A DNA stretch of 64,000 bases from a virus (taxonomy: Duplodnaviria > Caudoviricetes), in IMG/VR virus record IMGVR_UViG_3300034061_001224, positions 684-64,683 of that record. One strand, written 5' to 3'. Below the pieces are notes generated by a model. The model saw only the letters and a program-made list of their open reading frames with translations. It had not been told where the DNA came from and ran no database searches. Position numbers and translations under genes: made by a program. Shown in pieces: positions 19,005-28,003 of this stretch; position 1 is the first letter of the stretch, and the number at the start of each line of letters is the position of its first letter.

Positions 19005-19184
19005 ATGGCCGCAAGTTTTAAAGTCGGGGAGCGAGTTAAACTAACTTCAGTTATCCCAGAAGGTCCTGTTAAAACACTATCTGTTAATCAAGATGGTGAT
19101 ATTCAATATTTAGTTGAATGGCAAGATGCTGATGGGGCGAACCAAGAAGCTTGGTTTAAAGAAGAAGACCTCGTTAAAGCTTAA
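19005..19184 (+). CDS. 59-aa small protein (MAASFKVGERVKL...)
   Basis: AAGGAG RBS. Fills the gap between neighbours. Confidence 0.6.
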   Translation: MAASFKVGERVKLTSVIPEGPVKTLSVNQDGDIQYLVEWQDADGANQEAWFKEEDLVKA

Positions 19185-19192
19185 GGATAACT

Positions 19193-19636
19193 ATGTCACT
19201 TATCGTTGCGGATAGAGTTCAGGAAACTTGTAGTGCTCCGGGTACAGGGGCGGTCACTCTTTTGGGTGCTGTTGCAGGGTACAAAACTTTTTCTGCAGCT
19301 GTAGGTAATGGCAATACTTGTTACTACACAATCGCGGATCAATCAGGCGCTAACTGGGAAGTCGGTATAGGCACTTATGCTACTGCTGGGAATACATTAA
19401 CCCGTACAACACCTTTAGCAGGTAGTGCCGCTACACCTGTTAATTTTACTTCAGGTACTCAAAACGTATTTTTGACATATCCGGCTGAAGTAGCAGTTTA
19501 TGCTTCTAATAACTCTTCTCAAGTTGCGGGTCAAATACTCGTAGCAAACGGCGCGGGTACTGCACCCTCATGGCAAACCTCTACTGCAGCAGCTAAAGGC
19601 TATGTGAATGCTATGACTATTCTTAGAGGTCTGTAA
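19193..19636 (+). CDS. tail fibre-associated protein
   Basis: ADRVQET..WEVGIGTY..VFLTYPA. Confidence 0.65.
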   Translation: MSLIVADRVQETCSAPGTGAVTLLGAVAGYKTFSAAVGNGNTCYYTIADQSGANWEVGIGTYATAGNTLTRTTPLAGSAATPVNFTSGTQNVFLTYPAEVAVYASNNSSQVAGQILVANGAGTAPSWQTSTAAAKGYVNAMTILRGL

Positions 19637-20355
19637 TGTTTGGCTTTACCCCTTTTGCGCGATCTCCCTTTGCGGCATTAGGCGGGAATACTTACGCCGT
19701 TACAGTCACTGAGTCAATCGGTCTTACTGATCCCTCTATTGGCAATCTTATTATGGCGTTTACGCTTTCAGAAAGTGTGGGCCTTACAGATGCGCAGAGC
19801 GCAGGTATTCTTGTAGAAAAATCATTAGCTGAAACGCTAGCGCTTAGTACCACACAAGATTATCAACTGACTATTAACAGCAGTTTGTCTGAAACATTAG
19901 GTTTAACAAACACCCAGACCAACACAGTTGATTTCAATGATACGGTTACAGAAACGATATCACTAAGTGATACACAAACAGGACTGCTTGATATGTACCC
20001 TGTTATTATTGAAAGTATTAATTTGATTGATACTCAAGCGTTATCATTGCTGATACCTGTGTTGGTTGAAGAAGCTTTGGGATTAACAGATGAAACTTCG
20101 GTCGCTGGGGATTTTGTTGCTGATTTAATAGAGTCTATAGGGCTTTCCGATTCTGAAACAAATAATGTCGCGCTGGTTGCTTCTCTTGTAGAATCAATAG
20201 TTTTAGCAGATGCTGTAGTAGGCAGGTACTTATGGGAACTGATTGATGACACCCAAAATGCAAACTGGCAAAATATAACAAACACCCAGTCTCCAAGCTG
20301 GACAAACATAACAAACACCCAGTCTCCAAACTGGACTGACGTAGTGACTCATTAG
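19636..20355 (+). CDS. acidic repetitive structural protein
   Basis: Roughly 22-aa periodic E(S/T)(I/L)xL(T/S)D repeats and a duplicated ITNTQSPxW near the C-terminus. Confidence 0.7.
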   Translation: MFGFTPFARSPFAALGGNTYAVTVTESIGLTDPSIGNLIMAFTLSESVGLTDAQSAGILVEKSLAETLALSTTQDYQLTINSSLSETLGLTNTQTNTVDFNDTVTETISLSDTQTGLLDMYPVIIESINLIDTQALSLLIPVLVEEALGLTDETSVAGDFVADLIESIGLSDSETNNVALVASLVESIVLADAVVGRYLWELIDDTQNANWQNITNTQSPSWTNITNTQSPNWTDVVTH

Positions 20356-20363
20356 GAGTAATA

Positions 20364-20975
20364 ATGGCTACACAATTCACAACATTATTAGGCTATGCGC
20401 TTCCTGAGACGGGAACTTTAGAAGGTTTGTGGGGCGACGAGGTTAACAATAGTATTACCCAACTTGTAGAAGATTCTGTTGCAGGTTACGCAACCGCCAG
20501 TGTGACTTCAGGTAACTGGACGCTGACCACTACTGGATCTGGTTTAGGTAACGAAGCGCGTATGATGATACTCATACCTACTGGAACACCGGGGGTTAGC
20601 AGAAACATTATTGCACCAGCGCATAGTAAGATGTATGTGGTCGTTAACCAATCTGATTCAGCCGTTGTTGTTAAAGGAGCTTCGACTACAGGCGCTACGA
20701 TTGCAGCTGGGTACACAGCGGTTGTGGTTTGGAATGGGTCTGACTTTGAAGAGATTAGCCCTACACTTGCTAAGTATGCATTTGACCTAATTGGGGGTGT
20801 TCAAGGTTCCGTACCTTATCAATCTGCAACTAATAACACTACCCTATTAGCACCCGGCACAGCAGGTCAAGTGTTAACAACTCACGGTGCAGGTGCCGCT
20901 CCTACATGGGAAAACGCTTCAGGTGGCATCTCAGCAGGACAATCCATCGCATTCGATTTAGTTTTCAGTATTTAA
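20364..20975 (+). CDS. tail fibre-like protein
   Basis: N-terminal LPETG..WG..N motif and GQVLT..GAGAAPTW fibre segment. Confidence 0.65.
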   Translation: MATQFTTLLGYALPETGTLEGLWGDEVNNSITQLVEDSVAGYATASVTSGNWTLTTTGSGLGNEARMMILIPTGTPGVSRNIIAPAHSKMYVVVNQSDSAVVVKGASTTGATIAAGYTAVVVWNGSDFEEISPTLAKYAFDLIGGVQGSVPYQSATNNTTLLAPGTAGQVLTTHGAGAAPTWENASGGISAGQSIAFDLVFSI

Positions 20976-20987
20976 GAGGAATTTCAA

Positions 20988-21371
20988 ATGGCAGCGCCAA
21001 ATATAGTAAACGTAACATCTATTGTTCCGCATAGCGCATCAATCACTCCAGCAGACACAGCTAGAAATGCTTTAGTAGCAGCACCGTCAACAGGTACGGC
21101 ATATAAGATCAATCAGATCATGGTTGCTAACATAGACGGCACAAACGCCGCTGACGCGACTGTTGAGCTTAGGTTGGCTGATGGCACAACTTATAGGGCG
21201 ATTGGATCTACAATTTCTGTACCCGCTGATGCTACTTTGGTATTATTAGACAAGACCACATCATTGTATTTACTGGATACTTCTGTAACAGGTGAGCCTA
21301 GCACTCTTTGGGCAACAAGCGGTACAGCAAGTAAATTGACATATACAGTGTCTTACGAAGCAATCTCTTAA
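20988..21371 (+). CDS. tail fibre-associated protein
   Basis: PNIVNV..VANIDGTN..ISVPADATL. Confidence 0.65.
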   Translation: MAAPNIVNVTSIVPHSASITPADTARNALVAAPSTGTAYKINQIMVANIDGTNAADATVELRLADGTTYRAIGSTISVPADATLVLLDKTTSLYLLDTSVTGEPSTLWATSGTASKLTYTVSYEAIS

Positions 21372-21380
21372 GGAGGCAGT

Positions 21381-22589
21381 ATGTCTCTAAGACCACCTGC
21401 TGGGTTTATCCGGCCCGGTTATGATCCATTAAAAGTGCCTAACGCACCTACCATTGGTACGGCGACTGGTGGTGATGCACAGGCTTCAGTGGCGTTTACT
21501 GCCCCAACAAATGTTGGTGGTTCGGCTGTTACAGCGTATTACGCTGTCTCAAACCCCGGTCGGGTCACGGCTACAGCTGCGTCTTCGCCTGTTTCAGTTA
21601 CTGGGTTGACCAACGGCACGGCTTACACCTTTACTGTGTGGGCGCTAAATACCTACGGCCCTTCTCCGTACAGTGCAGCAAGTGGCGGCGTGACTCCCGT
21701 TGCACCGATAGGGTTGTTTTTTAGGGTCGGCGCTGACGCGCGGGTAAATACCATAAATAGAATCACAATAACAACCACAGGAAACGCCACGTCGTTTGGA
21801 GCACTGACCAACACCTACGGATATTCTGGTAGTTTGTCATCTTCAACTCGATGGATTTGTGCTGGAGGCAATAACTCTTTTGGTGACTCATACAGCACTA
21901 TACTGTATGGCGGAATTTCTACTTCTGGCACAACCGGCAGTTTTGGTGATCTTACGCTCGCGCGGAATAATTTAGTAGGACTAGCAAATTCTACTAGAGG
22001 GCTGTTTGCGGGTGGGTATTATTCTTCTGGGTCTACAACAACTTGTGTGATCGACTATGTAACTATTGCTACCACTGGAAACGCCACTAGCTTCGGTAAT
22101 TTATGGACGCAAACACGTTATAACGGGTCTTGCGCTTCAACAACTAGAGGGATAATCGCCGGTGGAGATGCAAGTAATATAATTGGCTATGTTACAATTG
22201 GTACAACCGGGAATACCACTGATTTTGGCGACTTAACTGTTGGAAGATGGTGTCTGGGATCATGCTCAAACTCCACTCGTGGGTTATTTGCTGGAGGGCG
22301 GTCAAGCACAAGTGGCTACCCCGGCGTTAATGTGATTGATTACATTACCATTGCCTCGACAGGCAATGCTACCGATTTTGGAGACTTGACCGCATCCCGT
22401 GGCGCATACGGCAGCGGTGGCTGGGGGCTTGCATCAACGACTCGTGGCGTTTTTGGAGGTGCATACGATTTTAATATCATTGACTATGTGACTATCGCAT
22501 CCGTTGGTAACGCTACCGATTTTGGCGACCTAAACGGGATCTCTCCAGTTGGAGCCACCGCATCGAGTGTTCACGGAGGACTTGCATAA
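21381..22589 (+). CDS. FN3 plus beta-propeller repeat protein (putative receptor-binding appendage)
   Basis: FN3 pattern (VTGLTNGTAYTFTVWALN) and repeats of RGxFxGG..IDYVTIATTGNATDFGDL. Confidence 0.75.
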   Translation: MSLRPPAGFIRPGYDPLKVPNAPTIGTATGGDAQASVAFTAPTNVGGSAVTAYYAVSNPGRVTATAASSPVSVTGLTNGTAYTFTVWALNTYGPSPYSAASGGVTPVAPIGLFFRVGADARVNTINRITITTTGNATSFGALTNTYGYSGSLSSSTRWICAGGNNSFGDSYSTILYGGISTSGTTGSFGDLTLARNNLVGLANSTRGLFAGGYYSSGSTTTCVIDYVTIATTGNATSFGNLWTQTRYNGSCASTTRGIIAGGDASNIIGYVTIGTTGNTTDFGDLTVGRWCLGSCSNSTRGLFAGGRSSTSGYPGVNVIDYITIASTGNATDFGDLTASRGAYGSGGWGLASTTRGVFGGAYDFNIIDYVTIASVGNATDFGDLNGISPVGATASSVHGGLA

Positions 22590-23548
22590 TGCCTACTTAC
22601 AGCGGGGTTTGGGATTTAACAGCGGTGTATCAGGCTGTGGGGTCTGGGAATTGGCAATACCCTCCGCCAAAGGCGTTATTTGCTGGTGGAACCAGTCCAC
22701 AATCAAATGTAATTGACTACATATTACTGTCGTCAGCAGGTAACGCGACTGATTTTGGTGATTTAGCGGCTACTGTTTCTAATCCAGCCGCTTGTGCATC
22801 CACATCTCGGGCTGTGTTTGGTGGCGGAGATTACCCATACACAGCAGCAATGACCTATGTGTCTTTTGGAACGCTGGGAGGCAGCACAAGTTTTGGGAGT
22901 CTTACAGTTGCACGTTCGGGACTGGCGGGTTGTAATTCAACTACCCGTGGGATTTTTGGTGGTGGTATTGATAGCGGCGCAACAAGGTCCGTTCGCGTTG
23001 ATTACATTACTATTGCGTCCACCGGGAATGCAACAATCTTTGGAAGTTTGACGGAAGCACGATATACGTTGGCCTCTTGCTCTTCGTCTACGCGAGGTAT
23101 TTTTTACGGTGGCAACAATGCTTCTTTAAATTATTCAAACGTCATTGACTACGTTACGATTGCAACTACAGGAAACGCAGTGTCTTTCGGTGCCATCGCC
23201 GGAACTTTTGGTGGGTACGGCGTAACCACGACTTGTGGCGCTTCAAATTCCACAAGAGGCGTGTTTGCAAATGGATCAGAAGGCAATGGCACTGTTAACG
23301 TAATTACCTACATAACAATCGCCACAACAGGCAACTCAACGGATTTTGGAGACCTTACTGTGGCTAGAAGTAGTTCCGCTGCGGTATCAAACGCTACTTT
23401 GTGCGCATTTGCCGGTGGTGGTAGTAACTTAAACGTCATTGATTACGTCACAATTGCGACCACGGGTAATGCGACTGACTTTGGTGACTTGACTGTGGGG
23501 AGATCGCGTCTGGCGGGTGCATCTCCTGTGAATGGGGGAGTTCAATAA
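22589..23548 (+). CDS. beta-propeller repeat protein
   Basis: N-terminal GVWDL..W motif and about six GNATDFGDL repeats. Confidence 0.75.
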   Translation: MPTYSGVWDLTAVYQAVGSGNWQYPPPKALFAGGTSPQSNVIDYILLSSAGNATDFGDLAATVSNPAACASTSRAVFGGGDYPYTAAMTYVSFGTLGGSTSFGSLTVARSGLAGCNSTTRGIFGGGIDSGATRSVRVDYITIASTGNATIFGSLTEARYTLASCSSSTRGIFYGGNNASLNYSNVIDYVTIATTGNAVSFGAIAGTFGGYGVTTTCGASNSTRGVFANGSEGNGTVNVITYITIATTGNSTDFGDLTVARSSSAAVSNATLCAFAGGGSNLNVIDYVTIATTGNATDFGDLTVGRSRLAGASPVNGGVQ

Positions 23549-24598
23549 ATGGCACAAAAAAACTGGAACGCCGGAATTATTAGACCTGTCCCCGTTGCCC
23601 CTGCTGGTCCGTATCAAGACGGCGCAGCGACTGGAGTGTGGACGCTCGATCAAGTCGCGTACTGGCAAAAGCAGGGGTTATGGCCGGTGGCTGGGAATAT
23701 TAATACGGCTAATGTTGGTTTATTTGGTGGAGGGTCTCCAGATAACAATATCTCAAATACAAATGTTATTGACAGAATAACAATACTCACAACAGGAAAT
23801 GCGGTTGATTACGGTGATTTGACGGTTGCGCGGCACTATCTTGCCTCGTGTGCTTCAACAACTAGAGCCGTTTGGGGTGGGGGTAATACATCGCAAAATG
23901 TCATTGACTACGTGACAATTTCTACATCGGGGAATGCCGCAGACTTTGGTGATTTACTTAGTGGCTCAAGCGCTAGTCTAGCAATGGCGGGCTGCAATTC
24001 CAGCACTCGTGGTATTTTTGGTGGTGGAATAACTACAAACGTAATTCAATACATAACGATTGCTTCTGTGGGTAACGCCACAGATTTTGGTGATCTTACA
24101 CTTGGTCGTTACGGCTTGGCTTCATGCTCGTCTTCTACAAGAGGCGTATTTGCCGCTGGTAGTGACGGCAGTGTGACTAACGTCATTGATTACATCACAA
24201 TTGCGTCTACAGGAAACGCAACAGATTTTGGTGATGTAACTACTACCAATAAAAATTACTACACAGCAGGGTGTTCAAATTCTACTCGCGGATTATTTGG
24301 CGGTGGTACCCCCGATCCAGGCAATGGAAACTCAAACGCTATTTGTTACATCACAATAGCCTCTGCGGGTAACGCCACAGATTTTGGTGACTTGGCGGCT
24401 CCTGACAACCAATGGCGGGGCGGATTGGCGGCATGTTCGTCTTCTACGCGAGGCATATTTGCTGGCGGAGAAGCTCCTACAAATACAATTAATTACGTCA
24501 CCATTGCAAACACAGGCAACGCCACAGATTTTGGAGACCTTTCCGTTGCGCGGCAAGCGTTGGCGGGATGTTCGGGTGGTAACGGCGGAGCCCAATAA
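23549..24598 (+). CDS. beta-propeller repeat protein
   Basis: GVWTLDQV..WP motif and about six GNATDFGDL repeats. Confidence 0.75.
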   Translation: MAQKNWNAGIIRPVPVAPAGPYQDGAATGVWTLDQVAYWQKQGLWPVAGNINTANVGLFGGGSPDNNISNTNVIDRITILTTGNAVDYGDLTVARHYLASCASTTRAVWGGGNTSQNVIDYVTISTSGNAADFGDLLSGSSASLAMAGCNSSTRGIFGGGITTNVIQYITIASVGNATDFGDLTLGRYGLASCSSSTRGVFAAGSDGSVTNVIDYITIASTGNATDFGDVTTTNKNYYTAGCSNSTRGLFGGGTPDPGNGNSNAICYITIASAGNATDFGDLAAPDNQWRGGLAACSSSTRGIFAGGEAPTNTINYVTIANTGNATDFGDLSVARQALAGCSGGNGGAQ

Positions 24599-24618
24599 AT
24601 TTACAACAAGGAAAAAAA

Positions 24619-25449
24619 ATGAGTAACGATTTAATTATTAGCAACATGACAACCGCTTTGACTACACAAAAGCCAGAGTACAACTTGATGCTACAAAACA
24701 TTGACAGCTGTATGCCAGCTGTTGTGCGTGACACAAGTAACTTCCATAAGTCACATAGCCAGTTTATGTCGGTGACATTAGATGTGACAGCGATTACACC
24801 TATTCGCTCAATTAAACATTCATTAGCCGAAATTGACCGCACTCGTTCTGCATTACAAGAAGCTTATATTGGTATGCGTAAAAAGCAAAATGAACTGGCC
24901 CGTAAACAAGACGAACTTGCTAATCCTAAAGAACCATTGGATAAGTTCCAAATCGAGTTACTAGAGATTGAGATTCTGGAGTTACAAGGTCAGTTAGAAG
25001 GCACACAAAATCATGTTAATGGTGCTATTCGTAAGATGAACTTCTTTGTAAACCAGCATCAGCAACTACTAGAGAAGTTAGGTAAAACAGAAATCACTGA
25101 AGAGGACTACGAGCGCGAGGAAGCTCGCTACCACATCATGACTTGTATGAAGCAAGGATTAAATGCTGCTCGTAGTCGTAATGGTGTGATTGATGAAGGC
25201 AACATGATCTATCTGTTTGACTTGGGTATTAATGCGGCTCAAGCGCAAGCTGAAGTGTTTGCCTACTTGAACATAGAGAACCAATTGATTTCGCAAGGGC
25301 AAGCGCCAACACACGAAATGACGATGCAGTGGCTTGAAGCATGTGCGGATAAATGGGAAAAAGACCCAGAATCTTTTGCAAACCGTCGTGGGTTCTCAAT
25401 CTTTGATAAGACCAGTTTGACTAACTTACCCGCTCCAGAGGCCGTGTAA
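24619..25449 (+). CDS. coiled-coil hypothetical protein
   Basis: 276-aa ORF with AAGGA RBS. Confidence 0.7.
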   Translation: MSNDLIISNMTTALTTQKPEYNLMLQNIDSCMPAVVRDTSNFHKSHSQFMSVTLDVTAITPIRSIKHSLAEIDRTRSALQEAYIGMRKKQNELARKQDELANPKEPLDKFQIELLEIEILELQGQLEGTQNHVNGAIRKMNFFVNQHQQLLEKLGKTEITEEDYEREEARYHIMTCMKQGLNAARSRNGVIDEGNMIYLFDLGINAAQAQAEVFAYLNIENQLISQGQAPTHEMTMQWLEACADKWEKDPESFANRRGFSIFDKTSLTNLPAPEAV

Positions 25450-26159
25450 TGCATTTAGTGGTAGCTACTCCAGCGTATGGCGGCATGATGTGTACTGAGT
25501 ATGTACAATCCCTGCTTGCGCTTAAAGAAGCTTGTATCGAATACAAGATTAAAATGACCTGTATCTTTTTGGGTAATGAATCTTTAATTCAGCGTGGACG
25601 AAACACCTGTGCTCATCACTTTTTACAGATTGAAGATGCCACGCACTTAATGTTTATTGATGCCGATCAGAAGTTCCAGCCAAACGATATTGCGCTGATG
25701 ATTAAAGCTGATAAAGGTATTATTGGTGGCGCTGTGCCAATGAAGGGCATAAACTGGAATCGGGTTAGACAAGGCGCGGTACTTAACCACCCTAACTTGC
25801 CAGCACTAACAGGTATCTTCAACGTTAATACGTTAGATGACCATAGCATGACTGATCCTAACATCCCGTTTCAAGTAAAGCATGTGGGTACTGGGTTTAT
25901 GCTAATTCACCGTGATGTTTTTGAAGACCTAAAACCGCATGTTGGCTGGTACACAAACGGTGGATCTACTATAGACAGCGAAGATAAAGTTTATGACTTT
26001 TTCAAAGTTCAAAATGTAGACCACGAGCTGTTATCAGAGGATTATAATTTCTGCCATATGTACAGAAAACACGGGGGTACTGTTTGGGTTGCTCCTTGGT
26101 GTATTCTAGGTCACTTTGGCGCTTATCTTTTTTCAGGGCAATATGCTCAAGGACATTAG
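25449..26159 (+). CDS. glycosyltransferase (GT-A fold)
   Basis: VVATPAYGG..RGRN..HLMFIDAD (DxD)..GTGFMLI..SEDYNFC..H.G. Confidence 0.8.
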   Translation: MHLVVATPAYGGMMCTEYVQSLLALKEACIEYKIKMTCIFLGNESLIQRGRNTCAHHFLQIEDATHLMFIDADQKFQPNDIALMIKADKGIIGGAVPMKGINWNRVRQGAVLNHPNLPALTGIFNVNTLDDHSMTDPNIPFQVKHVGTGFMLIHRDVFEDLKPHVGWYTNGGSTIDSEDKVYDFFKVQNVDHELLSEDYNFCHMYRKHGGTVWVAPWCILGHFGAYLFSGQYAQGH

Positions 26160-26160
26160 C

Positions 26161-26511
26161 ATGGCACATCATTGTATTAAATACCGTTTAACTGCTGAAG
26201 GTACTATACCTTCCTTTCTTTGCTTACATCCTGAGGGTGTAGGCGGTGTTTTCGTAGTAGCTGATCCAGCTACACAAAGCCCACGCGATATGGTTATGAT
26301 CGGTATTTCAGAAACAGATGATTTAGGCGATGCAGAATTGATTGCGACTCAAGCTGATTTAGAAGCTTATCTAACAACCATTGGTGCCGACTGGACACAA
26401 CTTGACCCAACGCAACCTAACAACCCAGAGGCCACAGTTCCATTTGATCCAGCGGTAGCAGCAGCTTGGGCGTGGGGCAGACTAGATGCGTTAAATGCAG
26501 TTGGTGCATGA
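26161..26511 (+). CDS. hypothetical protein
   Basis: Start placed at MAHHCIKY, immediately after the glycosyltransferase stop. Confidence 0.65.
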   Translation: MAHHCIKYRLTAEGTIPSFLCLHPEGVGGVFVVADPATQSPRDMVMIGISETDDLGDAELIATQADLEAYLTTIGADWTQLDPTQPNNPEATVPFDPAVAAAWAWGRLDALNAVGA

Positions 26512-26672
26512 TGAAAGACTTTTTAATTAGGCGTTTAACTGAAACTTCAACATGGGCAGGTCTGTTTCTTGTAGCCAGTGCTTGGGGTTTAAACTTTACT
26601 GAGCAGCAACAAGCGGCTTTAACCGTACTTGGCATGGCATTAGCGAGTACACCGGACAGACAGCATAAATAG
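26508..26672 (+). CDS. putative holin-like small membrane protein
   Basis: RLTETSTWAGL motif, two short hydrophobic segments, near the endolysin. Confidence 0.55.
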   Translation: MMKDFLIRRLTETSTWAGLFLVASAWGLNFTEQQQAALTVLGMALASTPDRQHK

Positions 26673-26764
26673 GAGATTGTTATGGAAGTTATTTTACAAG
26701 ACGTGGTAAAACTGATTCTTGATGTTCTTAAATTCTTAGACGTAACCAACGTATTGATCCCGTA

Positions 26765-27166
26765 ATGGAATTAGTCCTAGTCAATAAGGCGCTAGGTGCT
26801 TTGGCAGGTTTCTTCGGGGGTCTGTCATTATCGTTCTTTTTTCAGCCAGCGGCTTTGCACAAATACGGTCAATTTGGTGCTGGTGCAATTATTGGAGCCA
26901 TTAGTGTTGCTGCCTCTTTTACCCTCGGTGGCATTGTATGTCGAACCTTTGACTTGGACACTAATGATGTTGATACAGTTCTAGGCGTTGGGTTTGGTAT
27001 TGGTTTGATTGGCGTTGGTACTATTGGTTTTGTCGGCAACTTCTTCACCAATCGAGACGGTCGTGACATTATTGAAGTTGGCACTGAGTTAAAAAACCTG
27101 AAAAAAGGTAAAGCACCTGTTAAAAAAGCACCCATTAAGAGGAGTCCTCCCCGTGCTAGAAGGTAA
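26765..27166 (+). CDS. putative holin (three hydrophobic segments, basic tail)
   Basis: Hydrophobicity pattern and position upstream of the endolysin. Confidence 0.55.
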   Translation: MELVLVNKALGALAGFFGGLSLSFFFQPAALHKYGQFGAGAIIGAISVAASFTLGGIVCRTFDLDTNDVDTVLGVGFGIGLIGVGTIGFVGNFFTNRDGRDIIEVGTELKNLKKGKAPVKKAPIKRSPPRARR

Positions 27167-27539
27167 AGCGTTCTTTTTGCTAATTACTGTCTTAGATGTA
27201 ATTGGCGCCATCATCTTATTCTTAGGGGCATTATCACCCCGTATGCGGTTGTACCCTGCATGGCATCGCATAGGCTTATTAGCCGCAGTTGTCGGGTTAT
27301 TTGCTCAAGCTGGACGTAATATTGAATATATGTTTACTGGTGTATCACCAAGTGATGCAGACTTACCGTTATGGGCTTTAAAAGACATAGGCATAGATAT
27401 TATCGCATACACTTATGCTGGGCTTGGGATAATGAAATGGATAGATTCCCGTAAACAACCTGAACCTGTAGCAAAACCTGTGCGTAAAGCACCCCCTAAA
27501 CCAACGCCGGTAAAACGCAATGTCAACAAAGCTAAGTGA
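27153..27539 (+). CDS. membrane protein of the lysis cassette
   Basis: Three hydrophobic segments and a basic Pro-rich tail. Confidence 0.55.
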   Translation: MLEGKAFFLLITVLDVIGAIILFLGALSPRMRLYPAWHRIGLLAAVVGLFAQAGRNIEYMFTGVSPSDADLPLWALKDIGIDIIAYTYAGLGIMKWIDSRKQPEPVAKPVRKAPPKPTPVKRNVNKAK

Positions 27540-27972
27540 TCACTTTACACTCGAAGAATTAACTGTTTCTGATACTGCCAAACAAAAAGGTTTAAATAAT
27601 ATGCCTAAAGGTGAGGCACTAGAAAACCTAACAAGACTTGCTGAGTTCTTAGAAGATGTTCGTGCATTGTTTGGTAAACCTATAATGGTTAACTCCGCAT
27701 ATCGCGGCCCTGAAGTTAATGCTGCTGTGGGTGGCGCTAAGAAATCTGACCATATGGACGGCAGAGCGGCTGACATTCGCGTTAAAGATGTTCCTGTTGA
27801 CGAGGTCGTGCAAGCTATTATCGGTTCAGACCTACCATACGATAAAGTGATAAAAGAGTTTGCCGACTCAAAAACTGGTGGTTGGACGCATTTATCTATT
27901 GCTGAAGCAGGCGCGACACCGCGCAAAATGAAGCTTATAATAGATTCTAAAGGGCAACGCCCGTATGTCTAA
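27520..27972 (+). CDS. endolysin, peptidase M15 family
   Basis: HFTLEEL..NSAYR..NAAVGGAKKSDHMDGRAADI..WTH zinc-peptidase motif. Confidence 0.88.
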   Translation: MSTKLSDHFTLEELTVSDTAKQKGLNNMPKGEALENLTRLAEFLEDVRALFGKPIMVNSAYRGPEVNAAVGGAKKSDHMDGRAADIRVKDVPVDEVVQAIIGSDLPYDKVIKEFADSKTGGWTHLSIAEAGATPRKMKLIIDSKGQRPYV

Positions 27973-28003
27973 ATATTCTCCCGGTTAATTAAGAGGTGAG
28001 ACA

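Noticed and set aside
21381-24598. Diversity-generating retroelement acting on the repeat-rich tail proteins
   Set aside because: No reverse transcriptase in the window and no template/variable repeat pair differing only at adenines was seen. The repeats are protein-level propeller blades.
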